A stretch of DNA of 64,000 bases from Psychroserpens sp. (GTDB lineage: Bacteria; Bacteroidota; Bacteroidia; Flavobacteriales; Flavobacteriaceae), in the NCBI RefSeq assembly GCF_047633235.1, contig NZ_JBLIET010000014.1, positions 1,448 through 65,447 on the forward strand, given 5' to 3'. The notes beneath the pieces were generated by a model that was given only the letters and a program-made list of their open reading frames with translations, was not told the origin of the DNA and made no database searches. Numbering within the stretch: the first letter of the stretch is position 1; each line of letters starts with the position of its first letter. A program made the position numbers and the translations under genes. Shown here in pieces: positions 36,840 to 46,829 of this stretch.

Positions 36840-39089
36840 ATGCCACTAAAATCCAAAAACCAAACCGCTTACTTTCTTTTATTTTTCCTATTATACAGCT
36901 TTGGTCTTTTCTCACAAACAGAAAACACCATAGCACAATCATCCTTCACATTTGATAGCCAAGAGTTAGATCGACTGATAAGCAATGACAGTCTTTATGA
37001 AGCCACAGTTTTATTAACCGAATCATTATCTTTTGCTACAAAAAATAATCTCAAATCCTCTGAAGCTAAAATCTATTATAATCTTGGTAAAGTATTTGCT
37101 GAGATGGGAAATTACAACAATGCTGAGAGTTATTACTACAGAGCACTATCGATATTTGATTCATTGCAACTGAGTAAACAAAAAGATCTTGTCCTCGGAA
37201 GTCTATTGAGAGCATATGCAAACGGTAAATACTATAAAAAATTTGATAGTATTTACCCAATAGCTCAACAGCATTCAAGACTACTTAATAGCGCGCTTCA
37301 ATTTATAAATCTTGAAAATAAAATAAAAAAACACTACTACAATGTTGAAAACGACAGTCTTTTAGCGACAACTGAGCATGCTATTTCAAAACTAGAAGCC
37401 ACTGAGTTTAATACTTTAAAATTCTCAAAACAATACAGATCCCCAATACTAAAGAAAAACTTAAAAACATACTTTGAATATCACAACACAATAGCAAAAA
37501 TAAAATCAGACAATTATGCAAATGAAGGATTTAATCAATTATTAAAAATTGATGAAGATGCGCTCAAAGAGGCACTAAACAAAGAGAATGATAAATACAG
37601 AAAACTTGCGACATTTAACTATTACAAATTTTTGTATTTTAAAAACAATGTAAAAAATTTAGATTCCGCAACCAGCTATTTACTAAAATCTGATACTTAC
37701 AAATACGATGCACTTAGAGATTATGAAAAAAGAAATATAAAAAATAGTGAACTTATTTATAAAATCATAACCACTGAACAGCAATTAGATCTCATAGAAA
37801 AAACTCGGGAAAATGAAGCGCAGCTTTCGAAAACGTATTTAATTTCAACCATAACCGTAAGCTTTATATTATTTCTATCTCTTATTATTTTCTTTTTCTA
37901 TTATAAGGCAAAAAAAAATATAAACATAATTAATAAGGAGCTACAAGACACCAATGATAAACTTATTGCTACCGATAAAGAGCGTTTAGAATTCTTCTCC
38001 ATACTGAGCCATGAACTTAGAACCCCAATTTATGGCATTAATGGCCTAGCAACACTTATAAAACAAGAAGATGATTTAGAAAAGAAGCAGGAATATTTAA
38101 ATTCATTGATTTCTTCAAGTAATTATATATCGCTGTTAATTGACAATGTTTTACAAGCCACTAAACTAAGATTTGAAGACAAAAATTTACGTTTAAAGCC
38201 TGATAAGATGAATAATCTTATTAAAAATGTAACCAGCACTGTAGAAATAGCAGCTAAAAACAAAGGTTTAAATTTTCATATAGATATTGAAGGATCCAAA
38301 GATGATGAGTATATATTGATAGATAAAGTAGCATTTAGTCAAATACTAATTAACCTTGCTTATAATGGCATACGATACACCAAAGAAGGCTCTGTCTCAA
38401 TTAGTGTAAAAGAGAAAAACAGAACTGCAAACCATGTAACGCTTCTATTTGAAGTAAAGGATACAGGAATAGGCATCGCTAAAGAAAACCGCTCTTTAGT
38501 TTTTAATGCCTTTGAAAACAAAACGTTTTTAGATCAAAATAGTCGCGGATCTGGATTGGGACTTTATATTGTAAAGACATTATTGAAAAGTCACAATACA
38601 GATATTGATTTTATTTCAGAAAAAGGGAAAGGCTCTACTTTCTTTTTTGAAGCAACATTTGAAATATCGCGCAATTATAAAGAAGATTTAAGCGCTATAA
38701 ATTCCATACACAACACAGAAGCACATATCCTTGTTGTAGATGATAATAAAATTAATCTACTTATTACCAAAAAGAATATTGAAAAAATAAAAGGTCATAC
38801 CTGTGAAACTACCTCTAACGGTCGTCAAAGTATTTCTATTGTAAAAGATAAGAATTTTGATTTAATTTTAATGGATATCAATATGCCAGATATGGATGGC
38901 TTTGAAGTCACAAAGCATATTAGAATGTTTAATCCTGATATTCCTATTTTAGCCTTAACAGCATTAAACTCTAATGAAATTGAAGAAAAAGCTCAAAAAT
39001 CAGGCATCAATCAAGTCATTACAAAACCCTATAATTTTGAAGACTTTAGAAATATAATACAATCCTACTCTAATCTACCTCATCACTAA
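36840..39089 (+). CDS. Hybrid sensor histidine kinase/response regulator with TPR-like sensor region
   Basis: The order is signal peptide, TPR-like repeats and a TM segment. Then come HisKA (FFSILSHELRTPI), HATPase (GSGLGLYIV) and REC (ILVVDDN, LILMDINMPDMDG). The architecture matches the kinase at 28727-31024. Confidence 0.9.
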   Translation: MPLKSKNQTAYFLLFFLLYSFGLFSQTENTIAQSSFTFDSQELDRLISNDSLYEATVLLTESLSFATKNNLKSSEAKIYYNLGKVFAEMGNYNNAESYYYRALSIFDSLQLSKQKDLVLGSLLRAYANGKYYKKFDSIYPIAQQHSRLLNSALQFINLENKIKKHYYNVENDSLLATTEHAISKLEATEFNTLKFSKQYRSPILKKNLKTYFEYHNTIAKIKSDNYANEGFNQLLKIDEDALKEALNKENDKYRKLATFNYYKFLYFKNNVKNLDSATSYLLKSDTYKYDALRDYEKRNIKNSELIYKIITTEQQLDLIEKTRENEAQLSKTYLISTITVSFILFLSLIIFFFYYKAKKNINIINKELQDTNDKLIATDKERLEFFSILSHELRTPIYGINGLATLIKQEDDLEKKQEYLNSLISSSNYISLLIDNVLQATKLRFEDKNLRLKPDKMNNLIKNVTSTVEIAAKNKGLNFHIDIEGSKDDEYILIDKVAFSQILINLAYNGIRYTKEGSVSISVKEKNRTANHVTLLFEVKDTGIGIAKENRSLVFNAFENKTFLDQNSRGSGLGLYIVKTLLKSHNTDIDFISEKGKGSTFFFEATFEISRNYKEDLSAINSIHNTEAHILVVDDNKINLLITKKNIEKIKGHTCETTSNGRQSISIVKDKNFDLILMDINMPDMDGFEVTKHIRMFNPDIPILALTALNSNEIEEKAQKSGINQVITKPYNFEDFRNIIQSYSNLPHH

Positions 39090-40296
39090 TAGACATAGCA
39101 AGTGACGAAATATAGGCACCTGACCATGCATTCTGAAAATTAAACCCTCCAGTTATAGCGTCAATATTTAAAATTTCGCCGGCAAAGTATAAGTTTTCGT
39201 GAAGCCTACTTTCAAAGGTTTTAAAATTCACTTCTTTTAAACTGACACCACCTGCAGTTACAAATTCTTCTTTAAAAGTACTTTTACCTGTCACATGGAA
39301 TACTGCTTTAGTAAGCTGAGAGGCTAATTGTTCTACTTGAAATTTGGTAAGGTCTGCCCAACGTGTTTCAGTGGTCATTTGTGATGCTAAAACCAGTTTT
39401 TGCCATAGTCGTTTTGGCAATTCAAATTGAGAAGATTTAAGTACTGTTTTCTTTGCTAAATCGTGCTTTAAAGTTTTTAATTGCTCCATACAATCATCCA
39501 ATGACTGCTTTATAAAATTCACTTCTATTTCAAAATCATAATCACGTTTGGCCAATTCTATGGCTCCAAAAGCAGACAATTTCAAAATAGCAGGAGCACT
39601 CATTCCTACATGTGTAATAAGCAATGGTCCTTCACTCCATAAATTTGAACCAACTACTTTCACCTCAACATCCAGAGCTACTACTCCAGGAATATCTTTG
39701 ATGCGTTCATCTTTAATATCAAAGGTGAATAATGATGGTACAGCTTGTGATATCGTGTGACCTAATTGTTCTAACAATTTCCAAATTTTAGGATTGCTTC
39801 CTGTAGCCAGCATTAATTTAGTGGCAGAGAATTCGCCTTGCGAAGTTTCTAAAAGCCAATCTTTGCCTGAATGAATTACAGATTTCAAAGCATGATTATA
39901 CAAAATATCAACCTTATGCTTTTGAGCTTCTTTTAGAAAACAATCGATGATAGTTTGTGAACTATTAGTAACCGGAAACATTCTACCATCATCTTCAATT
40001 TTTAAAGCGACACCTCTGTCTTCAAACCATTGGATAGTATCACCTGTCATAAATTGATGAAAGGGTCCTAATAATTCTTTTTCACCCCTTGGGTAGTTGC
40101 GTACTAATTCTGATGGAATAAATTCTGCATGCGTAACATTACATCGTCCACCGCCAGATATTTTTACTTTTTGGAGCCCGCTTTTTCCACGCTCTAAGAT
40201 GGCAACTTTTAGTTTTGGATTTTGTTCAGCGACATTAATCGCTGCAAAAAAGCCAGCAGCTCCTCCTCCAACTATTATAACATCATAATGGTTCAT
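39070..40296 (-). CDS. HI0933/YhiN (BaiN-like) family flavoprotein
   Basis: YDVIIVGGGAAGFFAA, ISGGGRCNVTH and C-terminal ITGGFNFQ. Confidence 0.88.
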   Translation of the reverse strand: MNHYDVIIVGGGAAGFFAAINVAEQNPKLKVAILERGKSGLQKVKISGGGRCNVTHAEFIPSELVRNYPRGEKELLGPFHQFMTGDTIQWFEDRGVALKIEDDGRMFPVTNSSQTIIDCFLKEAQKHKVDILYNHALKSVIHSGKDWLLETSQGEFSATKLMLATGSNPKIWKLLEQLGHTISQAVPSLFTFDIKDERIKDIPGVVALDVEVKVVGSNLWSEGPLLITHVGMSAPAILKLSAFGAIELAKRDYDFEIEVNFIKQSLDDCMEQLKTLKHDLAKKTVLKSSQFELPKRLWQKLVLASQMTTETRWADLTKFQVEQLASQLTKAVFHVTGKSTFKEEFVTAGGVSLKEVNFKTFESRLHENLYFAGEILNIDAITGGFNFQNAWSGAYISSLAMSISDEVD

Positions 40297-40979
40297 AGTC
40301 TATCTGGATTATCAGAAATTATTGCGTCTACACCATAAGAGATCATACGCTTTATAGATTCATGGTCATTAACAGTCCAAGTAATGACTTTATAACCTTC
40401 ATTTTGAGCTAACTTCACATTGTCTTTTGATAATAACGCATAATTAGGATGTATAGCATAAGCATTAATGGTTTGAGCAAATTCTAAAGCATCTGTCACA
40501 CTGGCTTTTGTCAACACGCCTAATCTAAAATTTGGATTAATATTGTAGACGTCTTCAAGTTCGTGATGTTGAAAACTAGAGATTATAAAGTCCTCATTTT
40601 TCCATCCTTTTTCTTCTATAAAATTTGTGATTACTTTACAAACGCCACTTGCTGTATCCTTACCTTTAAGCTCAATATTCATAACGCACTTTTTATCAAC
40701 CACAGCCAAAACTTCATCAAGTGTTGGAATAGAAAATTGCTGCTTGACTTTTAAGACTTTTAATTCACTCAAAGAACATTTCCCTAATTCCCCAGAGCCA
40801 TTAGTCATTCTATCTAAAGTAAAATCATGAAATACCACCAGCTCGCCAGAAGCGCATTTATGAACGTCAACTTCAATACCGTCAACACCAAGTTCAAGTG
40901 CTTTTTCAATGGATTCTATAGTGTTTTCAATAACGTAAGCTTTTGCACCTCGATGACCCATTTTAAGTGGTTTTTTCAT
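40293..40979 (-). CDS. Glycerophosphodiester phosphodiesterase
   Basis: MGHRGA, ENT, GIEVDVH and VVFHD. ATG 40979 is chosen because a TATGTTTG box lies inside the longer TTG-started ORF. An ATGA overlap links it to the downstream gene. Confidence 0.85.
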   Translation of the reverse strand: MKKPLKMGHRGAKAYVIENTIESIEKALELGVDGIEVDVHKCASGELVVFHDFTLDRMTNGSGELGKCSLSELKVLKVKQQFSIPTLDEVLAVVDKKCVMNIELKGKDTASGVCKVITNFIEEKGWKNEDFIISSFQHHELEDVYNINPNFRLGVLTKASVTDALEFAQTINAYAIHPNYALLSKDNVKLAQNEGYKVITWTVNDHESIKRMISYGVDAIISDNPDRL

Positions 40980-41000
40980 AGCGCATAAATGTATAAAATT

Positions 41001-41008
41001 CAAACATA
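41001..41008 (-). promoter_or_regulatory. Bacteroidota -7 box TATGTTTG
   Basis: Exact TAnnTTTG match on the minus strand, 21 nt upstream of ATG 40979. Confidence 0.4.
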
Positions 41009-41083
41009 AAAATATCAACATTATGATTTTTATCAAATCTTTAAGAGTCTAAGCTTTCTAATACGAAGAAAATTTCTTTTATT

Positions 41084-41091
41084 TAATTTTG
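41084..41091 (+). promoter_or_regulatory. Bacteroidota -7 box TAATTTTG
   Basis: Exact TAnnTTTG match 11 nt upstream of ATG 41103. Confidence 0.35.
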
Positions 41092-41102
41092 AAATACATA
41101 TT

Positions 41103-41912
41103 ATGAAATTGAATATCTATTTACTCTTATTTACCATACTAATTTCTACATCATGTCATACAGGGAAACTGACTGTGGTTGCCGATTCACCTTCAAGTTT
41201 AAAGGAGATTTCAGCTATTGAAAAAACTGTGACCTCTGATCTGTTTTGGGTTATTGAAGATGCTGGCAATAAAAACAATTTATATGGATTAAATGCTAAA
41301 GGTGATATTATTAAGGATATTAGTATTGACAATATTCAAAATATCGATTGGGAAGATTTAACGTCTGATGACTCCGGAAATATCTATATTGGTGATTTTG
41401 GAAATAACAATAAAGAGCGTAAAAACTTTGCCATATATAAAGTTTCAGATCCAGAAAACACGAATACTAAGGCAACAGCAGGTGTTATTAGTTTTAAACT
41501 TCCGAAGAAAATGAAATCTGAAGATTTTGAATCCTTTTTTCTATACAATAATAATTTTTATCTTTTCAGTAAAGACCACAAGGAAACGAAGCTTTTCAAA
41601 GTACCAAATATAATTGGTAATCATGAAGCTAGTTACATTTCCGAAGTAAAATTAAAAGGAAAAAACACAAAAGTAACGTCTGCAGATATTAGTGAAGATG
41701 GCAAAACAGTTGCTTTATTGAACCATGATAAATTATGGAAACTTACTGATTACACCTCCGACGATTTTTTAAACGGAACAATTGAAGCCATTGAATTTGA
41801 TCACGATTCTCAAAAAGAAGGCATCAATTTTATCGACTCAAATACTGTTTTAATTACTGATGAAAAAACCAAACATAAAGGTGGAAACTTATATGAATTC
41901 AAATTAAACTAG
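41103..41912 (+). CDS. Hypothetical lipoprotein (beta-propeller-like repeats)
   Basis: Lipobox LISTSC. Repeated strand-like segments (NLYGLNAKGDII, GNIYIGDFGNN). No family assigned with confidence. Confidence 0.55.
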   Translation: MKLNIYLLLFTILISTSCHTGKLTVVADSPSSLKEISAIEKTVTSDLFWVIEDAGNKNNLYGLNAKGDIIKDISIDNIQNIDWEDLTSDDSGNIYIGDFGNNNKERKNFAIYKVSDPENTNTKATAGVISFKLPKKMKSEDFESFFLYNNNFYLFSKDHKETKLFKVPNIIGNHEASYISEVKLKGKNTKVTSADISEDGKTVALLNHDKLWKLTDYTSDDFLNGTIEAIEFDHDSQKEGINFIDSNTVLITDEKTKHKGGNLYEFKLN

Positions 41913-41913
41913 C

Positions 41914-42591
41914 TTAATCTTTAATATTATAATTACTATGCTGAATATACTTCCCAACTACAACTGCAGTTATAATTACCAAATAAAATTGTCCAATCAG
42001 ACCAATAAAAACTGACGCTTTCTGGGCAATTGGCGTGATAGGTAAAATATCACCATAACCAATAGTCATTAAAGTAACATAGCTATAGTACATGAGTTGT
42101 TCTGTAGTATCCGTATTTACTCCAGGTATACTTACTATTCCTGAAAAAGAATTTGGAGTTATAATTTCAATAGAAAGGCAGAGAAAAAAAGCAAGTAATC
42201 CTAATGAAATGTATCCACTTATTACTCCTAAAATAACATTCTTACCTACTATTTTAGCCTTCCATACTTGTTTTATAATTTCAATAGTGACAATAGCAAA
42301 GAATATAAAATATGAACCAAGCTTGATGTAACTAAATCTGTGCTCTATTTCTGAATTAATAAAACCCATACTAAACATCACAACAGAAATCACGAGAAAC
42401 GAAAACATAAAACGAGATAACGTTCTCCTTTTAGCAACTAATAATACTCCAGATGCTATATTGCAAAGTAAGAAGACCGGCATTACCCAATTTTCAAACC
42501 ATTCAACTGGGATGATAAGGGAGCCAAATAAAATAGACAACTGTGTAAACAGAAATAATTCAAAACGATATGGGTAGAGTCTATCTATCAT
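41914..42591 (-). CDS. Two-pore-helix-type potassium channel family protein
   Basis: Selectivity filter MTIGYGD preceded by TM helices. It lies 9 nt downstream of the RND pump gene. Confidence 0.8.
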   Translation of the reverse strand: MIDRLYPYRFELFLFTQLSILFGSLIIPVEWFENWVMPVFLLCNIASGVLLVAKRRTLSRFMFSFLVISVVMFSMGFINSEIEHRFSYIKLGSYFIFFAIVTIEIIKQVWKAKIVGKNVILGVISGYISLGLLAFFLCLSIEIITPNSFSGIVSIPGVNTDTTEQLMYYSYVTLMTIGYGDILPITPIAQKASVFIGLIGQFYLVIITAVVVGKYIQHSNYNIKD

Positions 42592-42600
42592 TTTTAAATA

Positions 42601-45600
42601 TTAATCGTCCATAATAGATTCGTCAAATTCATAGTCTTTGTAATTAACTTTAAACAGGATACTATACAATGATGGAATAAAAAGCAAGGTAATTACTGTA
42701 CCAAACAATAAACCAACCATAATACTTACAGCCATACCTTCCCACATTTCTCCCCCACTTAGATATAAAGGGATCAATCCTAAAACTGTAGTAAATGTTG
42801 CCAATAATATTGGTCTAAAACGTTGCAAACACGCAGCTATAATAGCATCCTGAATAGGTCTCTTAATTTCAGATTCTTCAATTTGAATTCGGTCAATTAA
42901 AACAATAGCATTATTAATGACAATTCCCGCTAATGAAATCACACCCAAAAATGGCATAAATCCAAAGGGTTCTTGAAAAATAAGTAAACCTATAACTACT
43001 CCTATAATTCCTAAGGGGATAGTTGCCGCTACCATTATTGTTTTTCTGACCGAGTTAAACATAATAATCAAAAGGAGAATAATAATAAATCCAGATAACG
43101 GCAAATAACTAATGACTGCTCCCATATTCTCTGCAGTATTTTCTGCATCACCACCAAACTTGTACGTATAACCTTCTGGCCATTGTTGAGAAATTTCTGC
43201 CATATATGGTGTCATTTCTTTCATAATGGAAGACGCATTACCTGTCGCATTTAATTCACTGCTCACGTTAATCGTTCTATCTATATCTAAGCGCTTAATT
43301 TTTGCATATTGCCATTGTGGTTCTATACTCGCCACTTGAAGTAATGGCACACTTTTACCAGAACTTTGAGAATAAATATTTAAGGTTTCAATGGATGCTA
43401 GTGTTTGTTGCTGACTTTCATTACTTCGCATTAATATTGGAATGGATTTATCATCTTCACGATATTCACCAGTTTTAAAACCATCTAAAACCGTTTGTAA
43501 TGATGTTGCAATATCTGCACTTGTAACGCCAGCCATTTGTGCTTTATTCTGATCGATATTGACAACAAATTTTTTCGTTTTCGGTCCCCAATCATCTTTG
43601 ATGTTTTTAGTTCCTGAAACCGCTTTTAGTTTTTGCTTCGTTTGTTCTGAAAGCTCAGAAAGGATATCAGGATTATCACCAGAAATCTTTACTTCAATTG
43701 GTGTGCCACCTCCACCAGAAGCTAGTAACCCAACTTTAACATCGGCATTTGGGAAACTATTAAAACAATAGTTATCCAATTTCTCTACCATTTCATTATT
43801 GTAGATAAAATCGGAGGTATTAATCAAAATATGAGCATAACTTGGATCTGGCTCGTCTGTAGTATATCCTAAATCATAAGACTCTGGTCCTGCTCCAACA
43901 TAAGATGACCAATCTGATATACCGTTTGGTCTACTGTCATTAACTAATAAGTCTGAAACAATATAGTCCTCAATTCCTTTTATAACATCTTGAGTTGCTT
44001 CTATACGAGTGCCTTGAGGCAAATTAACATCTATAGTTACCATATTACGATCACTATCTGGAAAGAAAACAAATGGAATATAACTAAACCCTTTTAAGGA
44101 TATAAAAAAACATACTACAATGGCTACTAACACCATACGCTTATAAGCAAGAGCAAATAAGATTAAATCTTTATAGTACAACTTTAATTTATTAATAATT
44201 CCATCAATAAAGCTTTCCTTTTTTTCTGCTTTTGGTGTCACTTTCAAAAACAGATAACACAATAATGTGATTACGGTCAAGGCTAAAATCCAAGACGATA
44301 ATAGGGCTAAAGAAATAACGACAAATATAGGACCAACAATATCACCCATTGTAGATTCTGCCATGTAAAAGGCTAAGAAAGCTGCAGAAGTCGTCAAGGT
44401 AGAAATTAATAGTGGTGTAAATAATTCGGCACAGGAATCAATAGCTGCTTTTTTAGACTCTATTCCATTTTCCATTTTAACCATGATAGTTTCTGCAACT
44501 ACAATAGCATTATCTACCATCATCCCTAATGCCATAATTAAAGCTGCAAGTGTGACTTGGTTTAGACCCATATCAATGAGGCCCATGAGCATTAATGTCA
44601 TAATCGTTACCATAGGAATTAAACTGGCTATAATCCCTCCTGTTCTCAATCCTAAAAACACAAGCATTACAATCAATACAATCGTAATTGCCTGAATTAA
44701 ATTAACGATAAAAGCACTAATCTTAACATCAATATAAGTATCTAAAGATGATAAACGTTTCAACTCTAACCCAACAGGTAAACGTTTTTCCCACTCGTTA
44801 ATCACGACATCCATATCAGCACCTAATTGAATAACATTGGCACCTTCTTTTAAGCTCACATGCATAGAAATTGCTTGCTGTCCATTTACGGTCACTAGTT
44901 GTTTTGGCGGGTCAATATAATCTTGTCTCACCTTTGTAATATCACCTAAATACACCAACTGTGAGCCATCGCCAACAGGTATTAAAGTTTGCTTAATATC
45001 TTTTACTGAATTAAAATTACCTGTAGGTTCCAAAATAATTCGTTCATTCCCTAGATTAACTTGACCACCAGAACTTAAAATGTTTGTTGAGCTAATAATA
45101 CTTTGTAATTTAGAAGCTGATAAGCCATACTCTTTTAGTCGTGCATTATCAAATTCTATAAATACACGTTCGTCTTGAACACCTCCAACTTCTACTTTGG
45201 CAGCCAAATCCAATTTAATAAAGTCATCTTTAATATCATCAATATAATCCTTAGCCTCTGCATAGGTAAAGCCATCTATCACTAAACCAACTGCAATACC
45301 AAAGACCTCTCCAATACCATCATCATTTAAGTTGGGTGTGACGCCTGATGGCAAGCCTTTAATCTGAGTTAATTTTCGTCGTAACCGATCCCAAACAGCT
45401 TGCAGTTCTTCTGGCTTAACCTGTTCTTTAAGTTCTACAGTAACCACAGACAAACCTGAACGTGACGTACTCGTAACTTCTTTTAACTCTGGTATTTCTT
45501 GTACAGTTTTTTCAACTTTATCAGTAACCAGTAACTCAACACGCTCTGGACTAGATCCTGGAAATGAAGATACGATGGTTGCAACTCTTACAGTATAAGG

Positions 45601-45714
45601 TGGCATACTATCTCGTGATAAAGATTGGTAAAACACCATACCCAGAATCATTATTGTAAAAAGAACTATAAACGTAATTCGGTTTCTATTAATGGAAAAG
45701 GCTGCTAAATTCAT
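42601..45714 (-). CDS. RND efflux transporter permease (AcrB/HAE family)
   Basis: 1037 aa with the 12-TM, two-large-loop organisation and typical AcrB-like N-terminus and TM4 region (GMMVDNAIVV, VINNAIVLID). Confidence 0.93.
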   Translation of the reverse strand: MNLAAFSINRNRITFIVLFTIMILGMVFYQSLSRDSMPPYTVRVATIVSSFPGSSPERVELLVTDKVEKTVQEIPELKEVTSTSRSGLSVVTVELKEQVKPEELQAVWDRLRRKLTQIKGLPSGVTPNLNDDGIGEVFGIAVGLVIDGFTYAEAKDYIDDIKDDFIKLDLAAKVEVGGVQDERVFIEFDNARLKEYGLSASKLQSIISSTNILSSGGQVNLGNERIILEPTGNFNSVKDIKQTLIPVGDGSQLVYLGDITKVRQDYIDPPKQLVTVNGQQAISMHVSLKEGANVIQLGADMDVVINEWEKRLPVGLELKRLSSLDTYIDVKISAFIVNLIQAITIVLIVMLVFLGLRTGGIIASLIPMVTIMTLMLMGLIDMGLNQVTLAALIMALGMMVDNAIVVAETIMVKMENGIESKKAAIDSCAELFTPLLISTLTTSAAFLAFYMAESTMGDIVGPIFVVISLALLSSWILALTVITLLCYLFLKVTPKAEKKESFIDGIINKLKLYYKDLILFALAYKRMVLVAIVVCFFISLKGFSYIPFVFFPDSDRNMVTIDVNLPQGTRIEATQDVIKGIEDYIVSDLLVNDSRPNGISDWSSYVGAGPESYDLGYTTDEPDPSYAHILINTSDFIYNNEMVEKLDNYCFNSFPNADVKVGLLASGGGGTPIEVKISGDNPDILSELSEQTKQKLKAVSGTKNIKDDWGPKTKKFVVNIDQNKAQMAGVTSADIATSLQTVLDGFKTGEYREDDKSIPILMRSNESQQQTLASIETLNIYSQSSGKSVPLLQVASIEPQWQYAKIKRLDIDRTINVSSELNATGNASSIMKEMTPYMAEISQQWPEGYTYKFGGDAENTAENMGAVISYLPLSGFIIILLLIIMFNSVRKTIMVAATIPLGIIGVVIGLLIFQEPFGFMPFLGVISLAGIVINNAIVLIDRIQIEESEIKRPIQDAIIAACLQRFRPILLATFTTVLGLIPLYLSGGEMWEGMAVSIMVGLLFGTVITLLFIPSLYSILFKVNYKDYEFDESIMDD

Positions 45715-45720
45715 TGCTAT

Positions 45721-46815
45721 TTAGTTTAATTTTACGTCTTGTCCGTCTAATAAGGTTTGTAAACCCGCTATGGCAATCTTTTGCCCAATCTTGAGACCAG
45801 ATTCTACTTCAAAACCTTCTGGTGTTAAATCCCCAATAGTAATGGTTTGTTTTTTTACTGTTGCTTTATTTCTATCCCCTTCAACTAAAAAGACGAATCT
45901 ACCTTTACCATCTTCTCCAACTGCGCTTGCAGGCACAACAATGGTGTTTTTTACTATATCTTCGTCAACAAATTCAAAAAGCACATTTGCTGCCATACCA
46001 CTTTTAATACGTTCATCTGAATCGGTAACCATCACAGTAATTGGGTATGTTGAAGTACTAGAGTCTAAAGCTGGTGCAACTTCTGTAATAACAGCCTTAA
46101 AAATTCGACCTTCAATTGCGGTAAAAGACACCTTAACGTTCATGTCTTTTTTAACCGCGTTTATGACAGATTCAGGTAAACCCAAAGAAATTTCAATTGC
46201 AGTTCCTGCATTTAAAACACCAACGGCCTGTCCTGGGGATACATTTTCGTCAACCTCAACAGTAACAGAGGCAATAACACCATCTTCAGGTGCATATAAA
46301 TATCCAAATTGGATTTGATCTTGCTGAATGGCAACACTTCGTTTTGAAGATTCAAAACTAGCAACCGCAGTTCTGTATGAGTTTTTAGCAGCTTCATAAT
46401 CACTTAAGGACGCACTTCCTTTTTCATATAAAATGCGCACACGACTTAACGATAATTTAGCTGTATTCATTTGAGACTCCGAACTGTTTTTAGATGAAAT
46501 TGAGGACTCATAACTTAGTCTAGCAGAAACATTATCTAAGGCTCCTAACAACTGCCCTTTTTTAACATCTTGACCAAGATTCATATCGAGTTTAGTAATA
46601 ATCCCACTACTTCTAAAACTTAGATTTACAATTTTATTTGTTTGTGCAGTACCACTAAATTGTCTAGATTTTTCGCCTCCTAAATACGAAACCTCACTAT
46701 ACTTCACGGGTCTTAAAACGACCTCTTCTTGGACTTCTTTTTCCCCACAGCTAATGAGTAAAAGAACCATAACTAGGCTACTGATTTTAAAGATTCTATT
46801 GGATAGCATTATCAT
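45721..46815 (-). CDS. RND efflux periplasmic adaptor (membrane fusion protein)
   Basis: Lipoprotein-like signal (LLLISC). Biotinyl-lipoyl, hairpin and beta-barrel pattern. It sits between the OMF and RND genes. Confidence 0.9.
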   Translation of the reverse strand: MIMLSNRIFKISSLVMVLLLISCGEKEVQEEVVLRPVKYSEVSYLGGEKSRQFSGTAQTNKIVNLSFRSSGIITKLDMNLGQDVKKGQLLGALDNVSARLSYESSISSKNSSESQMNTAKLSLSRVRILYEKGSASLSDYEAAKNSYRTAVASFESSKRSVAIQQDQIQFGYLYAPEDGVIASVTVEVDENVSPGQAVGVLNAGTAIEISLGLPESVINAVKKDMNVKVSFTAIEGRIFKAVITEVAPALDSSTSTYPITVMVTDSDERIKSGMAANVLFEFVDEDIVKNTIVVPASAVGEDGKGRFVFLVEGDRNKATVKKQTITIGDLTPEGFEVESGLKIGQKIAIAGLQTLLDGQDVKLN

Positions 46816-46829
46816 ATATGTGTTAACTG

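Noticed and set aside
45770-46318. 182-aa plus-strand ORF inside the RND adaptor gene.
   Set aside because: It is antisense to a well-supported MFP gene. The product is Ser/Thr-rich and low-complexity, with no recognisable motif. This is a typical mirror-frame artefact.
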